From the sequence record SRR20825019_1820: 46,453 nucleotides of DNA. One strand, written 5' to 3'. The notes beneath the pieces were generated by a model. It did not search any database. It was not told where the DNA came from and worked only from the letters and a program-made list of their open reading frames with translations. This document shows positions 45,087-46,453 of the stretch, piece after piece (position 1 is the first letter of the stretch; each line of letters begins with the position of its first letter). A program made the translations under genes and the position numbers.

Positions 45087-46453
45087 ATGACGCGCAAATC
45101 CTATGAGGACTTGCGGAGTTACCGCTGGTATGGGGTCGATGATCTGCGTTCGTTCGGGCACAGATCCCGGGCCAAGCAGATGGGCTACGCCCGCGAGGAC
45201 TGGGCCGGAAAGCCTGTCATTGCGATCATCAATACCTGGTCCGACATCAACCCGTGCCACACCCATTTCCGCGACCGTGCGGAAGAGGTGAAGCGCGGTG
45301 TCTGGCAGGCAGGCGGCTTCCCGGTCGAAATGCCGGCGATCTCTCTGTCCGAGCCGTTCCAGAAGCCGACCACGATGATGTACCGCAACCTGCTGGCGCT
45401 GGAGACGGAGGAGCTGCTGCGCTCCTATCCCTGTGACGGCGCGGTACTGCTCGGCGGTTGCGACAAGACCACGCCGGCGCTTTTCATGGGCGCGGCCAGC
45501 ATGAACATCCCGGCGCTTTTCGTGCCGGCAGGGCCGATGCTGCGCGGTAACTGGCGCGGCAAGACGCTTGGCTCCGGCAGTGATACCTGGAAATACTGGG
45601 CCGAATTGCGCGCCGGCAATATCACCGAGGATGACTGGGAAGAGATTGAGGACGGTATCGCCCGGACGCCCGGCACCTGCATGACCATGGGCACGGCGGC
45701 GACCATGATGTGCGCCGCCGAGGCGCTTGGCCTGACGCTTGCCGACGCGGGTTCCATCCCGGCCGCCGACAGCAATCATGCCCGGATGGCGACCCGCTGC
45801 GGCCGCCGGATCGTCGACATGGTCTGGGAAGACGTGAAGCCGTCGGACATCTTTACCAATAATGCGTTCGAGAATGCGATCACGACGGTGATGGCAATGG
45901 GCGGATCGACCAACGCGGTGGTGCATCTGATCGCCATGGCCGGCCGGCTCGGTGTCGAGCTTGATCTGGAGCGGTTTGACGAGATTTCCCGGCGCACGCC
46001 GTTCCTCGCCAATATCCGGCCGTCAGGTCAGTACCTGATGGAAGATTTCTTCTATGCGGGCGGCCTTGCGGGGCTGCTGAACGAGATCAAGGACATCCTG
46101 CATCTCGACTGCATGACGGTGAACGGCAAGACCCTCGGCGAGAATATCGAAGGCAAGGATATCTATAACGAGGATGTCATCCGGCGTCGTGACAAGGCGT
46201 TGTCGGGGGAGGGGGGACTCGCCGTATTACGCGGGAACCTGGCGCCGGGCGGGGCGATCATCAAGCATATTGCCGCCGATCCCGAGCTGCACACGCACAC
46301 CGGCCCGGCTGTGGTGTTTAAGGATTACAACGACATGTCCGCGCGGATCGACGATCCGGATCTGCCGGTGACGAAAGACTCGGTCCTCGTGCTGCAGAAT
46401 GCCGGACCACAGGGCGGACCGGGCATGCCGGAATGGGGCATGCTGCCGATCCC
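45087..46453 (+). CDS. IlvD/Edd family dehydratase, L-arabinonate dehydratase-like; runs off the window end
   Basis: Hand translation gives MTRKSYEDLRSYRWYGVDDLRSFGHRSR, NPCH, GCDKT, PGTCMTMGTA, GGSTNAVVHL and GMPEWGMLPI, with the last codons in frame with the start; GGGAGG RBS. Confidence 0.93.
   Translation, partial: MTRKSYEDLRSYRWYGVDDLRSFGHRSRAKQMGYAREDWAGKPVIAIINTWSDINPCHTHFRDRAEEVKRGVWQAGGFPVEMPAISLSEPFQKPTTMMYRNLLALETEELLRSYPCDGAVLLGGCDKTTPALFMGAASMNIPALFVPAGPMLRGNWRGKTLGSGSDTWKYWAELRAGNITEDDWEEIEDGIARTPGTCMTMGTAATMMCAAEALGLTLADAGSIPAADSNHARMATRCGRRIVDMVWEDVKPSDIFTNNAFENAITTVMAMGGSTNAVVHLIAMAGRLGVELDLERFDEISRRTPFLANIRPSGQYLMEDFFYAGGLAGLLNEIKDILHLDCMTVNGKTLGENIEGKDIYNEDVIRRRDKALSGEGGLAVLRGNLAPGGAIIKHIAADPELHTHTGPAVVFKDYNDMSARIDDPDLPVTKDSVLVLQNAGPQGGPGMPEWGMLPI

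Noticed and set aside
44808..45926. 372-aa minus-strand ORF
   Set aside because: It is the antisense shadow of the + strand dehydratase and GNAT genes and shows no recognisable motifs.
1..46453. CRISPR array, prophage, IS element, integron or defence island
   Set aside because: I recognised no regularly spaced repeats and no integrase, transposase, phage or nuclease genes; the short repeats found occur only twice.

Overview
This is a GC-rich alphaproteobacterial chromosomal segment, probably from a marine Rhodospirillales-type organism (inferred from gene content; not verified by search). It opens with the 3' part of tRNA-Lys(CTT) and continues through about 45 densely packed, apparently intact metabolic and signalling genes. 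These include four stand-alone PAS_5-type proteins, a glyoxalase/LysR divergon, a class II cytochrome c plus diheme cytochrome pair, a chemoreceptor with a C-terminal PilZ domain, the betaine-lipid operon btaAB with a candidate Pho box, a phosphonate-monoester-hydrolase-like sulfatase, fghA, a PAS-degenerate GGDEF-EAL gene followed by a FliL-like membrane protein and a two-module pentapeptide-repeat protein, pcaI and pcaJ separated by an antisense aminotransferase, and an IlvD/Edd-family dehydratase that runs off the right edge and is absent from the ORF track. I found no integrase, transposase, phage gene, CRISPR array or defence system. I cannot support a claim of a clearly new system. The best leads are a possible CtrA/c-di-GMP motility module (perfect TTAA-N7-TTAA boxes upstream of the MCP-PilZ and pentapeptide genes, plus the EAL and FliL-like genes), the PAS_5 expansion, and the split pcaI/pcaJ. 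All family calls come from motif recognition by eye, not from database searches.
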